From Blasia pusilla (taxonomy: Eukaryota), in assembly GCA_050084515.1 (NCBI GenBank), contig CM114271.1, positions 45,880,001 to 45,944,000 of the forward strand: a DNA stretch of 64,000 nucleotides, read 5' to 3'. The notes under the pieces are model-generated. The model saw only the letters and a list, made by a program, of their open reading frames with translations. It searched no databases and was not told the origin of the DNA. How positions within the stretch are numbered: position 1 is the first letter of the stretch; every line of letters starts with the position of its first letter. The position numbers were made by a program, and so were the translations under genes. This document shows positions 1-13,300 of the stretch, piece after piece.

Positions 1-3000
1 AAATTTGATCAAGCTCATCATGTATGGCATCCCAAATAACATATTGTCCTTCATTCAAACACACTTCTCCTAATTATAGTCACTCACATAAGTCCTTGAT
101 ATCATAACATGACTCTTGTTCCTCTAAATATGAATATGCATGAAGGCTTTGGAAGTTAGTTTGGGACATATCTGGAAAAAAAAATTCTCTTTCTTTAATC
201 TTGTAAATAATAATGCACTTCCAATAATGCATTACTAATGATAGCATCATGAGCAATAAGATTAGAAATTCCTATTGTTTGCAAAAAAAAAGGTCAAAAA
301 TATTGAAATCAATGTTAAATTTTTGTCAATTGAAAAGAGCATAGTATAAGAAAGAATAAATAATGTAAAAAGTGGTGCAAATGAGCGCTCTTGACTTCGC
401 TCATATAAGAGATCTTCTAGGAGTGGAATCAAAAATTGATTCCATAACGTACCTAGTTGAGCAGATGTGTTGTAAGCTAAAATAATATCAAATAGACGAA
501 GAAGAGAAGAACCCATACAAATCGCACAAGTTTCTTCAAAGTAGGAGAACAATTCCCTATCATCCTCAAGAAGTATCATTTGGATAGTAGCCTCCTTAAA
601 TGTGGGATGTAATACTCCATTCATAATTCTCAAGAATTCAAATGTAGTAGCTCCTCAAACCTATAAGAGGAGTAATCTCAAACAATGAAATTCTCCTTCA
701 CTTATGAAAAATAGGAATAAATTAGTTCATCCCAATCTAGAATACTTCCATACTTTAGAATATGGCATCTAAAAGTAGAACCCAATTTATATAAAATTAA
801 CTAAATTAAGTGAAGAGTATTTACCTTGATGAGTCAGGTATAAGAGACTAATGGGATGGCTATAACCATTTTGTTTTTGGAACCTACGAATCCAAGTCTT
901 CTTACTTCAATGATAGTGTGAAGGAAAATCAATGTATGGATATTGTCGAGCATTGGAGTCAAATAGATTAGTTGATAACCATTGTGTTAGAGTCGTCTCT
1001 CTATTTTTTTTAGAACATTCTGAGGAGCATGGACATCATGGAAATAAATTATTTGTTGGTTTGGAAGATGGACAGCCAATTGCACAATACTTGGATGTTT
1101 TGCATGTAGATTGAACTTGAAAAGTTGCCAACATACCTCTGAAGAAGATATACATTTGGGAAAATAAGTAATAGTACTAAAATACAATAAGTAACTTGCA
1201 TTTTGGGGAAAATAGTAAAGTAAGAGAGAATAGAGTTATTAAGAGCATACCTCGGATCAAGATATGATATTGTCTCATTACTAATGCTTGTTGGTCTTGA
1301 TATATTCATATCTTTTGAAAACTTAAATGAATCTGCATCAGATCCCTTACATACATATTTATATAAGTATTTGATATTTGAAACAGTTCTTGTAATCTCT
1401 AGATTAATGTGAGAATTGAAGAGGGTGCACAACAAAGGATTATAGGGCACCATCCAACGATTATCCAATGAATGTTCGTGCTTCATTACTACCCTCTCAT
1501 TCTCCCTCCTACAAAAATGCAATAATGAATGAGGAATAGGTCATTTCATATGGTCCTACTTGAAGTAAACGTAAGTCATAGATAGAATGAATAGTATCTA
1601 CGATAGATTGAATAATTGTCTTCCATCTCTATAGTGCTCGTTGCAAAAGCTTTCGGATACACTTTTGTACAATTTTTAGTGTTCTTCTTATCCACACATG
1701 CTGCACCTGAATTTTACGGTCCACATGGACTGTGAATCATGCAATTAACAACTGTAAATGAAGTCTTGAATGGCTAGTTTGATTCAAAATTTCCGCGGAA
1801 ATTATATGGTCATAATTAGAAGAGATATGTGGCTTGTCTTCACGACCTAGCTAAAATAATAAGAACATGCACATGCGGTAGACCCCTCTTTTGGATTTTC
1901 ATCAGTTGAAAGCATCCTATAACTTGACCCAATATGTGCTTGTTGAAGATAAGTCGCAATAACTCCTTCCTCTTAAATACTCACATAACCAAATCTAGTC
2001 GGTCTCCATCACATTGAACGAAAAATAAATTAAATGCTAATGTAATATCCTCCCATTGAGGATTGCATGTCATTACCAAAAAGTAATCATGCTTCCACAA
2101 GTGTCTCACAATTGCCACTACATCTTGATACAACTAATGCATATAATGTGGACCTTTGGTAAACCAAAAGAATCATTCAATACAGCTCCCAAACCTTGTG
2201 CTATAGTGGCATAGCTGTCAAACGTATATTCTTAGTGAATCGATCAAATCAAACGAGTCGATTATCATCTTCCCCTCCAATCAACATTTTAAGTCGAAAA
2301 CATGCAAATTGCAAAGTTGTGCTACTATTTGTCCTTGTCTCTTAAATAATATCACCATCAACTCCTTCCTTGTCCATGTCTTTATTCGAGAATTCAGAAT
2401 TTTCCTCCTTGCCATGATTAATACCTCATGGATGTTATGATGCTCTATAGCATTGGATTCTCTTGAAGAGGATTCCAAAATACCGACTTGCTTCACCATA
2501 CACAAATAGGAGTACATAGTTTAATGGATTGTATGCATCATTTATATGGGATAAACGCCTTACTCCTCCTTGTATATCTATATCACGATGGTCGATGTGT
2601 TCACTCCATCGCGTGGTAAAATAGCAGCTACCTTAGAAGCAATTGGCAAGTTTAATGCTTTGCATCTAGACCTCTCTTAATTGCCTTTAGGATGATTCAC
2701 ATATCAAGGTCACTCGTGTCATATGCCATCTCAGGGAAAATATTCACACATTGATTTCATTTGTATAGCATATCTTGTAGGCCTTTCAAAATCTCTGAAT
2801 TAAGATCAAAAGACATAGACATAATTCTTTCATGATTCTCCAATTCATTTGAAGTGTCATGCATGTACAATTGAGCAAATTGGGGATGCCCCCCAATATC
2901 AAGATATAAGGGACCAATAGAATGATAGATCCCACCTTGAACCCTAAAGTGTCCAATATCACCAACTTCCTCATTTACATGCATTCCAATGAATGCTAAT

Positions 3001-4043
3001 TGAAATGTGGAATTATAAGCTCTCTCATATCCTCATAGGCAAGAAAATGAAGAATTCTAGGACCAATATCTAAATTCAACTATTTCAAGTGTGCATGAGT
3101 TGAATTCAAGAGGGAAAATATATTTTCCCATGGTCACAACATGTACCATATATTGAATCACAAAACTTTGTACCCCTCACCATTTTACATTTCCAATGCA
3201 AAGCACGGCATAAGGGGCATATTTCCAACATACTTCCAAGCGTATGACGACCATTGGTATGATTAAAACTCCTTTGTAAATTTCTTGGAAGTTTGGCCAT
3301 CTTGAAAGATTGAGTAATGTATTTACTCTTACAACTCCAGGAAGATTAGGAAAAGAACAAATAGTATAAGTATTTGGTATAGTGCCACATTGTGTCATTA
3401 ATGGAACTTCATGAACTATATAGGGAAAGTGATCTACTCTTGAGGTTACTTCATCCCCAAGATTACAAAGAATTCAAGCATTATCAACGACTTCGTGGAG
3501 AGGAACCAATACTTCACCTTAAATAGGGGTGGTGGTAGGTAACTCATTTCTTGATTTTACATAATTAGTTGGCCTAAGGGTAGACACACACAAGAGCACA
3601 CTCAAAAACTTCAAGGATTGAAATGTTGGATAACTCAACTTTTGGAGATACATCAGTTGCAAGTTGAATTACTTGAAGTGAAGAATCAACATGAATTCAT
3701 TCATCTTCTCTTACTCCAAGATGAACTCCATGATTTACCTATAGCATAACACCATTATTCAAGGGTCTGAAATAAGATCGAATAATTTAGAATAATTTTC
3801 CCATAGCAAAACTTATCAAAATTGAAGGTCATAAGCAATCAAAGGTATACGTAAAGAGAGCAATTGAAAGGCGTTAGAATTCAAACTCATGCATTGACTT
3901 CCATTATTTGGCATTTCAAGATTAGGATTAGTTGGAATGGTCTCAACTACCAAAGTAAGTATAGGTTGAAATTGAAGGGCTTTCCTTTTTCTTGAGCTTG
4001 TACGCTCCATGGTAGATCCTCTTTTTTTTTCTTTGAAATGCAC
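1..4043 (-). mobile_element. Decayed Helitron RepHel coding region (copy A), running off the window's left edge
   Basis: Minus-strand fragments match Helitron Rep motifs in the right order: Zn-finger CPLCRALHW...CCDHGKI (3106-3300); FRVQGGIYHSIGPL..PQFAQLYMHDT (2757-2984); motif 1 DYFLVMTCNPQWEDI (~2045-2095); HUH motif QKRGLPHVHVL (~1860-1895); DNRWMVPYNPLL..HINLE..IKYLYKYVCKGSD (1049-1522); SSSEVCWQLFKF (987-1187); GVLHPTFKEA (262-633). Many stops and frameshifts. Confidence 0.9.
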
Positions 4044-4232
4044 TATTTTATGAGCTCGAATGGCCCATTTTCATTTTCGAGCTTCACCCTGCAAAACTTT
4101 TCTAAAGTCACGTATATCATGAGGATTGGATGGAATCAAAATTCTGCAACACCTTGGGAATAATGAAAACGAAGGAAACAATATGATGTACAAAGTATGA
4201 CTTGTGAAAACATTGATCTATTTAATTTTCAG

Positions 4233-4712
4233 CTATAGAATGGACTTACATTGAGATGGTTCAATAAACCGAACATGTTTGATGTTCGTTTGGTGTGCTA
4301 ATATTTTCGTAAGACGGACACGGCTTCTTTTCTGTGCCTCTGCACGCAACCATTTATGGAAATCACGCAGATCCATATGCTTGGTTGGAAGAGGAAATTT
4401 GCGAAAAAATTGTGGGTAAGTGTATGATTCAAGATAATATCCTACCAGACCTCCAAATGTAAACATTATCATAAAAGAAACCCAAATCCCAAAGACACAA
4501 TATGTAAGAATTGTGCTTACGTTAGTGAGGTGTGCTTCAATATGCCAATTTGTGCCCGTGCACTTTGAGGCACAATCTCTCTGTTTGTGATAAGAGCAAG
4601 CAGGTATCTCTCCATATCTACCCATACGCGATCGAGGCTTGCCATCTACAAGAGACATGATGAAGAGAAGAGTAAGTAGAAGAGAACTTCTTAAAGAGTA
4701 ATTACAACCCAA
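4233..4712 (-). CDS. Uncharacterised 159-codon ORF with signal-peptide-like N-terminus, Cys cluster and one TM segment; possible Helitron passenger
   Basis: Uninterrupted ORF in AT-rich DNA: hydrophobic LLLTLLFIMSLVDG, Cys-containing CSYHKQRDCASKC, TM-like ILTYCVFGIWVSFMIMFTFGGLVGYYL, basic tail. The track start is TTG and the first ATG is internal. No family recognised. Confidence 0.35.
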   Translation of the reverse strand: MGCNYSLRSSLLLTLLFIMSLVDGKPRSRMGRYGEIPACSYHKQRDCASKCTGTNWHIEAHLTNVSTILTYCVFGIWVSFMIMFTFGGLVGYYLESYTYPQFFRKFPLPTKHMDLRDFHKWLRAEAQKRSRVRLTKILAHQTNIKHVRFIEPSQCKSIL

Positions 4713-5639
4713 AAATTTGGTGCGAAAAAAAGGTTCGGAATTTCTAAAATTAACTTTTGGTGCAAAAGAAAAGACGAGTTGATTAATTTTTACAATTAAA
4801 AAAAGGAAGATGTGTGGTGTTATTCATGGTTAATGTTTTTAAAAGAGGAAAATGTATGGTGTACTTCAAATATTTTTAAGGGATAATATTATAATAAAAT
4901 ATTAAGAAAAGTAGAAGTGTGCAATTAAAAAAAAAAGATTTAACCAAGCCTAATCCTAGTAATCCTAACCTAATCGGGTCCTTACATTAATCTCGTGCCT
5001 ATCGGGCCTAGTAGCCTCCCTAGGGGGTCGGCGCCTCCATCGCCTTGAACCCCTTTCACTCCCTTGGAACTACTCTGATTGCCTCATGAGGCAACGACTT
5101 CGCCTCATTCCCAACTACCCATTGTCACCCTACCGCCGTAGACTCTCTAACAATCATTTCTTTTTTCTTGCTCCTCTCATGCGCTCTATTATCTCTATGA
5201 TCTTGCTCTTTGCTCTGTCGGCTGATCATGTACGCTCCCCAATGCTCCTCCTCTTCCCCGCGCTCATGCTCCTTCGTGAATTTTCTTCCATGGAAATCAT
5301 GGCTCTTCTCTTGCATAAGTACACACTTGTGAGCTTATGGCAATCCTAGGAGTGCGCACGTGATGTTACATCACAGATCTAGAGCTCTACTATGATGTTA
5401 CCCCTTCCCCTACCTCCGCACACAATCTCCTAGAGAGCACTATATTTGTCCCATAATTAGGGTGGGGAACTCTTCAAATTAGCTATGGGAAAAATCCGTG
5501 TAGTAGTATGTTTCTTTGCAAGTCTCAAAGGTTCTAGAAACTTTGTGTTCTAATGTTTTTTGGATTGCAAAATAGGGGTAGATCGGCATTTTCCCTCACC
5601 CTTTCTTCTCCTACTAGTCATTTTGCTTATAGACAGAGA

Positions 5640-6760
5640 TATGATAATTGCATTTATATATCATCAACATCTCTATTTTTCTGTGTTAAAATAGCCACAT
5701 CTCTTAAGAAGTCAATGTCATGGAATTGGATACGGGAATTTCCATAGATAAGATCAATAAGATCAAAAATCCAATAACTATTAGTAACCATCTTAGATGG
5801 TAATTGTAAAGTCTTCTCCCAAACGAGGTACAAGACCCTCTCCCACCTCCAGTAATCAATCAACAAAAACTTCTTGTTGAGCACACATATGATTTTCCAA
5901 CCTTTGAATATGCATATTTGTTCATATCTTCATCATCTTTACATAAGGCCATAGAAATGACCTCTTTATAGTGGCTTGGATGATTTTTGGACACTCCCCA
6001 TGACAAAAAAACTAGCAAGACTTGATAAAAGTTATGAGTGTGAGTGAATGTTTTGGAAGTTAGCTCGCGGCATATTTGGAAAATCATAGAGTCTCTTTCC
6101 TTAATTAATCTTGCAAATAGTAATGCACAATATTAATGATAAAATCATTAACGGGAAGATTAGAAATTATTTTTTTCTGCAACAAAAGAGTATCACAAAT
6201 GTAAAAATGAGAAGTCGATTTCTTTTTTATGAAGAGAACTTTGTATCAAGAAAGAAGAAATCATGAAAGAAGTAGTACAAGTAAAGGCTTACGTAATGTT
6301 GCTCATATAAGAGATCTCCTATGAGTGGAACAAAAATTGACTCCATAATATAGCTGGTTGAGCAAGTGTGTTATAAGCTAAAATAATAGCAAATGGATGG
6401 AGAATTGAAGAATCCATATGGATTGTAGAAGCTTCTTCAAAGCAAGAGAACACTTCCTTGTCATATTCTAGAAGTCCCAATTGGATAGTAGCCTCTTTGA
6501 ATACGGGACATAATACTCCATCAACGATTCTCAAGCATTCGTATGTAATTACTCCTCGAACATGATGGAGGAGTAATCTCAACCAATATTTTTTTCCTTC
6601 ACATATAAGGAGACAAAGAAATTAGCTCATCCCATTCTACAATAGTTATTTTCTTTCGAACGCATCATGAATAATTTGAGATGTAAAAATGACAAAAAGA
6701 ACTTGTGAGTATTTACCTAGATGAGTAAGTGTTGGATTCTCAACATCCACTTCTCTGAGC
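5640..6760 (-). mobile_element. Second decayed Helitron RepHel fragment (copy B): Rep C-terminal part to start of PIF1-like helicase
   Basis: RLLLHHVRGVITYECLRIVDGVLCPVFKEATIQLGLLE (6319-6582) is paralogous to ORF 262-633. Nucleotides ~6045-6740 align by eye with ~145-860. A degenerate helicase motif I-like stretch lies near 5830-5870. Confidence 0.8.
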
Positions 6761-6906
6761 ACCATTAATTTAATCGGCCCTCTTGTATGAGGAGAAGCCT
6801 AGATCGATGGTTGCGACTTAGACGTCGAAGCAAGGTTACACGCGGACAAAGTCCATGTCCGCGGACTTGTCTATGTCAACGGATATATGTCCATCCCGAC
6901 GACAGA

Positions 6907-7255
6907 CATCTGCATGCGAGCTCGGATGCGGGCTCCATGAGCCCGAGTTGCCCGCGGCCAGCACCCGAGCCCGTGCACACCAAGCAATCCGCCCTTTCTC
7001 GGCCAATCCGCATCATGCCCGGCCCCCGTTTTTCTGTCAGACCCGCATCGTAGACAAATTGGGCCGCGTCGTGCTCTCTGATTCGTCGCTTCAGGCCTAG
7101 CCCGCATGCGGGCTGTAGGACCCGCATACATCCCGCGCGTAGGCTTTTTGGCCTGCAACGGAGCCCGCATGCAGGCCCATGAGCCCCCCCCTCCCCCCCC
7201 CGTTGCCCGTTGTGGCCCGTTGTGGCCCGCTCGAGGGCCCGCCGTTCCTACGAAC
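6907..7255. repeat. GC-rich subterminal repeat array (GGCCCG/GAGCCCGCA motifs), left end of putative hAT
   Basis: Dense short motifs such as gagcccg, ggcccgc and gcccgcatgc in both orientations; same motif family as 17670-18204. Confidence 0.7.
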
Positions 7256-7295
7256 CCCACGGAGATACGTAGCGGTCTGGGAGTGGTTGGGGCTA

Positions 7296-10200
7296 TGTCC
7301 CCTCTTTTAGGATAGATCCGTGAGATATAGTAGAGCGCCTTGGTTAGTAGTGGAGGACAAGCTCAGTAGGTCAAGGATGACCTGTTGAGGCCCTGGGGAA
7401 ACCTGAGAGAGCACGTTTCCCCTTCGTTTCGGCTCATTTGGAGCCATATTGAGGAACTTACTATTTTAGGCGAGTACCATTTTGAGTATATGATCGACTT
7501 TATATTTTTGGTAAGTAGCCCTTGACCTCTTACATCAGGTCAAGAGCCAAGGAGGTGACTTGGGAGAATAGGTTACCATGGAGAGAGCTTGGGAGAGGGG
7601 AGGGGTATACCTCACGGAGAGAGAGCTTGAGAGCTCATTCTCTCTTTGTTGAACCTCTTGGCATGAGGCGGCGGAGCTATGGTCCCTTGCCTTGTGAGTG
7701 TAACCCAAGTCTCTCATTAGGAGAGTGGGTTTGGTTTGACATGAGAGAGAGTGCACACCTTTGAGAGCTATGGTGTGAGATGGTGTAGAGAGATTGGATC
7801 TTACTTTACATTGAGAGAATGAGAGAGTGAGAGAGCTTCATGGGGGAGCTCGCTAGTCACTTGCTGTTTTTGCAGGTTAGGGACCGTGTTCCCTATTCGG
7901 CGGCTCATGGGAGTGCTCACCGGAGCAAGGGCTGCTTTGATTGTTCTTTGTATTTTCTGATTATTCGTGTGGAAGAGTGGCGTGCGGAAGCGCTGCCCAA
8001 TTTCTGATAGGGATTGATTATGGGGGCGGGTTGCCCCATGCTGGTGGTCTCAAGAGCACCATGAAACTTGCTGATTTGTATTTTTACAGGTTTTACATTT
8101 TTGTTGGAAGAAATCAGCGCGGAAGCGCTGCCAAATTTTGTGTAGGAGAAATAGACATTGGGCTTTACGACAGTCCCCGTCAGTTTTTACTGAATTTTTG
8201 ATTCTAAATAATTTTTGATATTATTGTAGATCGTGAAGCTGTGCAGGCTGCGCAACAAACAATGTGCAATTTGGAGTTGTAAGATAAAAGTTATGGTCAA
8301 TCTTGAAAAACTACCATTGCTAGGCAATTTTTAGGGTTCAATTGTTCAAACCCTAAACCAACCGCCACGCCGGCGGCGACCATCGTTGTCATAGTCACCG
8401 TCAACGGTAAATAGTCATCTTTGACGGTCAACCATCATCGTCAACAGTCCAATATCCACCATCCACTGTCGGCCGTTGCCGTCGCCCAACGCTGCTCAGA
8501 GCCAAATTCGGCCATTGTCTACCCTTTGGTTGCCATTGCCGCCATTACAGAGTGGAGGGTCTTCCATGACCACAGTTGATTCTCTGACTTGCGCCACCAC
8601 CACGTACTTTGGTTTGTTTGCCATTGTCATCGCAGTTTCATCATCAACCAATGATGGCAGGTGACCTTGGGTTATGGTGTTTGAGTTTTCATTTCATGCT
8701 TCTATGTTGTGATTGGTAGCCGCTTGACGAAGATCAAGTACCGTACCGTGATGCCCGTATCCGCAACGTGCCGTCGATTGTTGCACCGTGCCGCTTGTGG
8801 CCGTACCGCACCGTCTTGACTGTAGAGCCGCTCCTTCACTAAGGAGCAGAGCGTGTGAATTGCTGATTGAGGAGGATATGCCGCCAAGTGCATCACCCCA
8901 TTCCCGAGTGCCGTGTCGTTTGTAGCCGTTCCGTGCCGCCAGTGCTGCACCGGACCGTTGGACCTGCACCACACATCAAGGAGGTTTGAGTAACGTCAAT
9001 ATAGGAGGAGTACGATTTGCTGATTGGAGGAGTTGTCTTCACGACCGAGTTGGGGTCAAAATTTGCAATTTCCGAGGAGCGACATTGACATTATTGGGCA
9101 GGTTACCCATGGTGGTCTCTAACCCTGCACATGTGAGGGATTTTCGGATATTGGGAAGTTATTTGGGATATTGGGTTTCGTGCTAATGCTAGAAGCATCG
9201 ATGATGTATGGGTTTAGGGGACATAGACCTGTATGGGATGCCCAGAATTGAGGATGGTTTGTCAATGAGACGATAGATCGGTTAATTTGCCGCACCACGT
9301 TGCTTGTTGCCGCACAACACACATCTCAGTGAGAGAGAGTGTAGATTGAGTGCCGCATGTTTAGATTGAGTGATTGAGGGATTATTCATGAGATTGAGAG
9401 TGATCGTGTGAGAGGGGTACGAGGGAAATCACGGCATCCTTTTGGGACTTTGAGAGGCAAGGTGGTGAACCCGAGAGTAGCTCTAGAGATTTTATGCAGA
9501 GTGGCGCGAGGTTCTGAGGGTCTCCACGTGAGGGACCACCTCGACCTCCTTCTATGTCATTGTCAGACAAGGGGGAGGATGTAGAGGAGTTTGTGAGCAC
9601 ATCATCACATATTGTGAGTGGTCCTACCAGTTGGGTGTACGAGATGGACGACCGGGGTAGAGGACCGCGTAGGTTTTCAGGTGCAGTAGGTACGATTGAG
9701 TTGCATGATTTCATAGCAGAGTTTAGAAGCTAGGTTCTATAGAGAGTTCAACCCGTTTATACCATGGCACGGTATGTTCCAGCATTTAGAGGGGGCGCCC
9801 ATGGACGATTACCATGAGTTCTCTTAGAGATATGCACGTGAGATCAAGGCGTGGAGCCTCTACTATGACCCACATTAAGTGTCATGGACGGAGCCATTCC
9901 CAGATGAGGAGGAGAGAGAGGAGAGGCTACTTCCTCTTCCACTAGTGATGTTTTAGGAGGGGTCACTCGCATGGGAGCAGTTACACCGTATATTCGGGTT
10001 CGTCCCAGGTTCAACCTTGTGGTTGAGTTCTTTGATGAATTGAGGGCAAGCTACCAGGGGGTACGGACGGAGAAGTTGCGGAGCATCCACAACTTCCAGA
10101 GGCGCCCGGGTGAGAGGTTGCGTGATGCTTACACTCGCTTGCGCCGGTTGATCAACGTCACTCAGGGGGTGACATAGGCTCAGACTATCCAGTCATGGTA

Positions 10201-10385
10201 CGCGATGTTGGACCAGACCCTGCGGACACGGGTGTGGGAGGGGTGCTTCTTATAAACACCTCCCCTACATTGAGAGATTTTTTTGGACCGCCAAGAAGAT
10301 TGAGCGCAATATGGCGGAGGAGAGCATAGCCACCATGGGTTCTGGGCGAGAGCAGTCCTGATTTTCTGCACCACACGTGCACCAA
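7296..10385 (+). mobile_element. Truncated Ty3/gypsy-like retroelement, copy 1: 5' LTR (~7296-9319) plus decayed gag N-terminal part
   Basis: Begins TGTCCCCTCTTTTAGGATAG; putative LTR end GCCGCACAACA at 9319. Gag-like text follows: FSGAVGTIELHDF.., EFFDELRASYQGVRTEKLRSIHNFQRRPGERLRDAYTRLRRL (9971-10177). Stops present. Confidence 0.8.
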
Positions 10386-13300
10386 TCGCGGGTCTAGCGG
10401 GCATCTCCGCCATCCTAGCAACCGCAACCTGCCATGAATCTGACGTGGATGGCCCGAGCATCCGCTCCAAGGGCAGGTCCATCACCTCCTCTAAAATCAC
10501 CTCTTAACGTGATGTAAGAACTCCAACTCTGCGCTTACATAGTGAAGCGGCCAGCCGAAAAGCCTCGGCGGGCATACCCCCCAACGTCATAACATCGAAA
10601 GCAGAAAATAAAGGAGTGTCGTACACAACGGTGGACGCCCCCAACAACGTGCTCGATATATGCCCCTCCTGAGCATCAACAATAGGAGTCATCGCACTCG
10701 CTTCTCCCATCGCTCTCCGTGCCTACACACCAACAACATCATCAACTCTCCAGGAACTTTGATGAGGACCCATCAATGGGGTCCTCATCGCTTTGGACAA
10801 CGTGAAAGAATGAGGAAGCCTAGTCTATTTTTGGCTTCCCCTCACTGTGGATCCAACTCTACGACTGCTCCACGCGTCACAAGTACGGCGGCCTCCATCT
10901 AGGCAACCATGCACATCCAACCAAGATCCTCCATATCTCTGGCTACTCCATATGATGTGGATGCCACGGATCCGGCATCGGATAACCTCAATGCCATAGC
11001 GGAAATCTGCTCATGTAGTTGATGTATCTAAGCAGCCATCCCAACCTCACATCTGGCATCTCCCTTGGCGCATCTAGGTGGTGGTACTCTACCTCCTCCA
11101 CGGGCAGCTCCAGCTCCTCGTCCCCCAACGGGACCACCTGGTGCACAATCTCTAGCCCACTTGGACCGGCTATGTGCCCTCTCTGGCCCTCGCTCCGGAC
11201 GTAACTCAGGATGTAAACTGACACACGTGGCGGGTGTATGACCATACCTCTAACAATAGTTACACTGATAACCTCCTGGTGCAGCACCATCTCCTCCTCC
11301 ATGTTGAGGCACACGTCCGTGACCCTGACGAGTGCAATCATGATGATGATGGGCTCCACCACATGACCAACAAATAATAGTAGGCGGCTGATGCTGAGCC
11401 GCATATGAAGGCGTAGGTCTCTGTGGCACGGCCTCCCGGTATCCTCCCTGAGCTCGTGGTGCCACACTCAACCTATCTGGGAGTCTACGTTGCTGCATAG
11501 GTGGTGTAGACAATCGTGACTACTCTCGCCCAGAACCCATGGTGGCTACGCTCTCCTGTGCCATGTTGCGCTCAATGTTCTCGGCTGTCCTAAAAACATC
11601 TCTCAACGTAGGGGAGGTGTCCATAAGAAGCACCCCTCTCGTATCCGTGTTAGCAGGGTCCGGTCCAGCATCGCGTACCATGATCAGATAGCCTGAGCCT
11701 CTATCACCCCCTGAGTGACTTTGATCAACTGGCGCAAGTGAGTATAAGCCTCACGCAAACTCTCACTCAGGCACCTCTGGAAGTTGTGGATGCTCCGCAA
11801 CTTCTCTTTCCGTACCCCTTGGTAGCTCGCCATCAACTCAACAAAGAACTCAACCACAGGGTTGAACCTGGGACGAACCCGACTAGATGATGCAACTGAT
11901 CTAGTGCGAGTGACCCCTCCTAAAACGTCACTAGTGGAAGAGGAATTAGCTTCTCCTGACTCCTCCTCCTAATCTGGGAACGGCTCCGTCCATGACACAT
12001 AGTGTGGGTCATAGTAGAGTCGCCATGCCTCAATCTCCTTGGCATATCTGTTGGAGAACTCATGGTAATCGTCCATGGGCGCCTCCTCTAAATGCTGGAA
12101 CATACCATTCCATGCTGTAAACGGGTTGAACTCTCTAGAGTTCCTAGCCCGCTGTGAGTCACACCAACTCCTAAACTCCACAATGAAGTCGTGTAGCTCT
12201 ATAGTGCCTACAACACCCAAAAATCTAAGCAGTCCTCTACCCCAGTCGTCCATCTCGTACGCCCAACTGGTAGGACCACTCAATGTGTACGGTGGATCAC
12301 TAACACACTCCTCTATATGCTCCCCCTCATCTGAAGATGACAGAGAAGGAGATCGAGGTGGTTTCTCGCGTGGAGACCCTCGAAACCTCGTACCACTCCG
12401 CGTAAACCCTCTAGAGCTACTCTCAGGTCCACTACCTCGCCTCTCAAAATCCTGAAAGGACGTCGTGATGGCCCTCGCGCCCCTCTCACACGATCACTCT
12501 CAATCTCGTGAGTAATCCATCAATCACTCAAACTAAACATATGACACTCAATCTACACTCTCTCACTGAGACGTGTGTTGTGCGGCAATAAGCATCGTGG
12601 TGCGGCAAATCACTGAACTATCGTCTCATCGATAAACCATCCTCAACTTTGGACATCCCACACTTGTCTATGTCCCTAACCCATACATCATCGATGCTCC
12701 TAACATCAACACAAAACCCAATATCCCAAATAACTTCCTAATATTCGGAAATCCCTCACACGTGCAGGGTAAGAGACCAGAATGGATAACCAGACAATAA
12801 TATCGATGTCGCTCCTTGGCAACTGCAAATCTCAACCCCAACTTAGTCGTGAAGATAACTCCTCCAATCAGCAAGTCGTACTCCTCTCGTACTGACGATG
12901 CTCAACCTCCTCAATGTGCGGTGTAGGTCGAGCGGTCCGGTGCGGCACCAGCGGCACAAAACGGCTACAAACAGCACGACACTCGGGAATGGGATGTGGC
13001 ACTCGGTGGCATACCCTCCTCAATCAGAAATTCACATGCTTTGCTCCTTAGTGAAGGAGCGGTTCCAGGATCGAGATGGTGTGGTGCAGCCATGAGCGGC
13101 ACGGCGCAGCAATTGGCGGCGCGTTGCGGCTACGGGTCTCACGGCAAGGTACTCGATCGTCATCGAGCGGCTACCAATCATAACATAGCAACATGAAATA
13201 AAAACTCAAACACCATAACCGGAGGTCATCTGCCATCACTGGTTGATGACAAAACTGCAATGACGATGGCGGCCATAATAAAGTACATGGTGGCGACGCA

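Noticed and set aside
6787-7315. Overlapping GC-rich ORFs here and at 17672-18280
   Set aside because: By-products of the stop-poor subterminal repeat arrays.
7522-7764. 80-aa ORF (MTSYIRSRAKEV...) present in both arms (also 14022-14264, minus strand)
   Set aside because: TTG start, lies inside the LTR, and its duplication is explained by the inverted repeat; no protein-like features.
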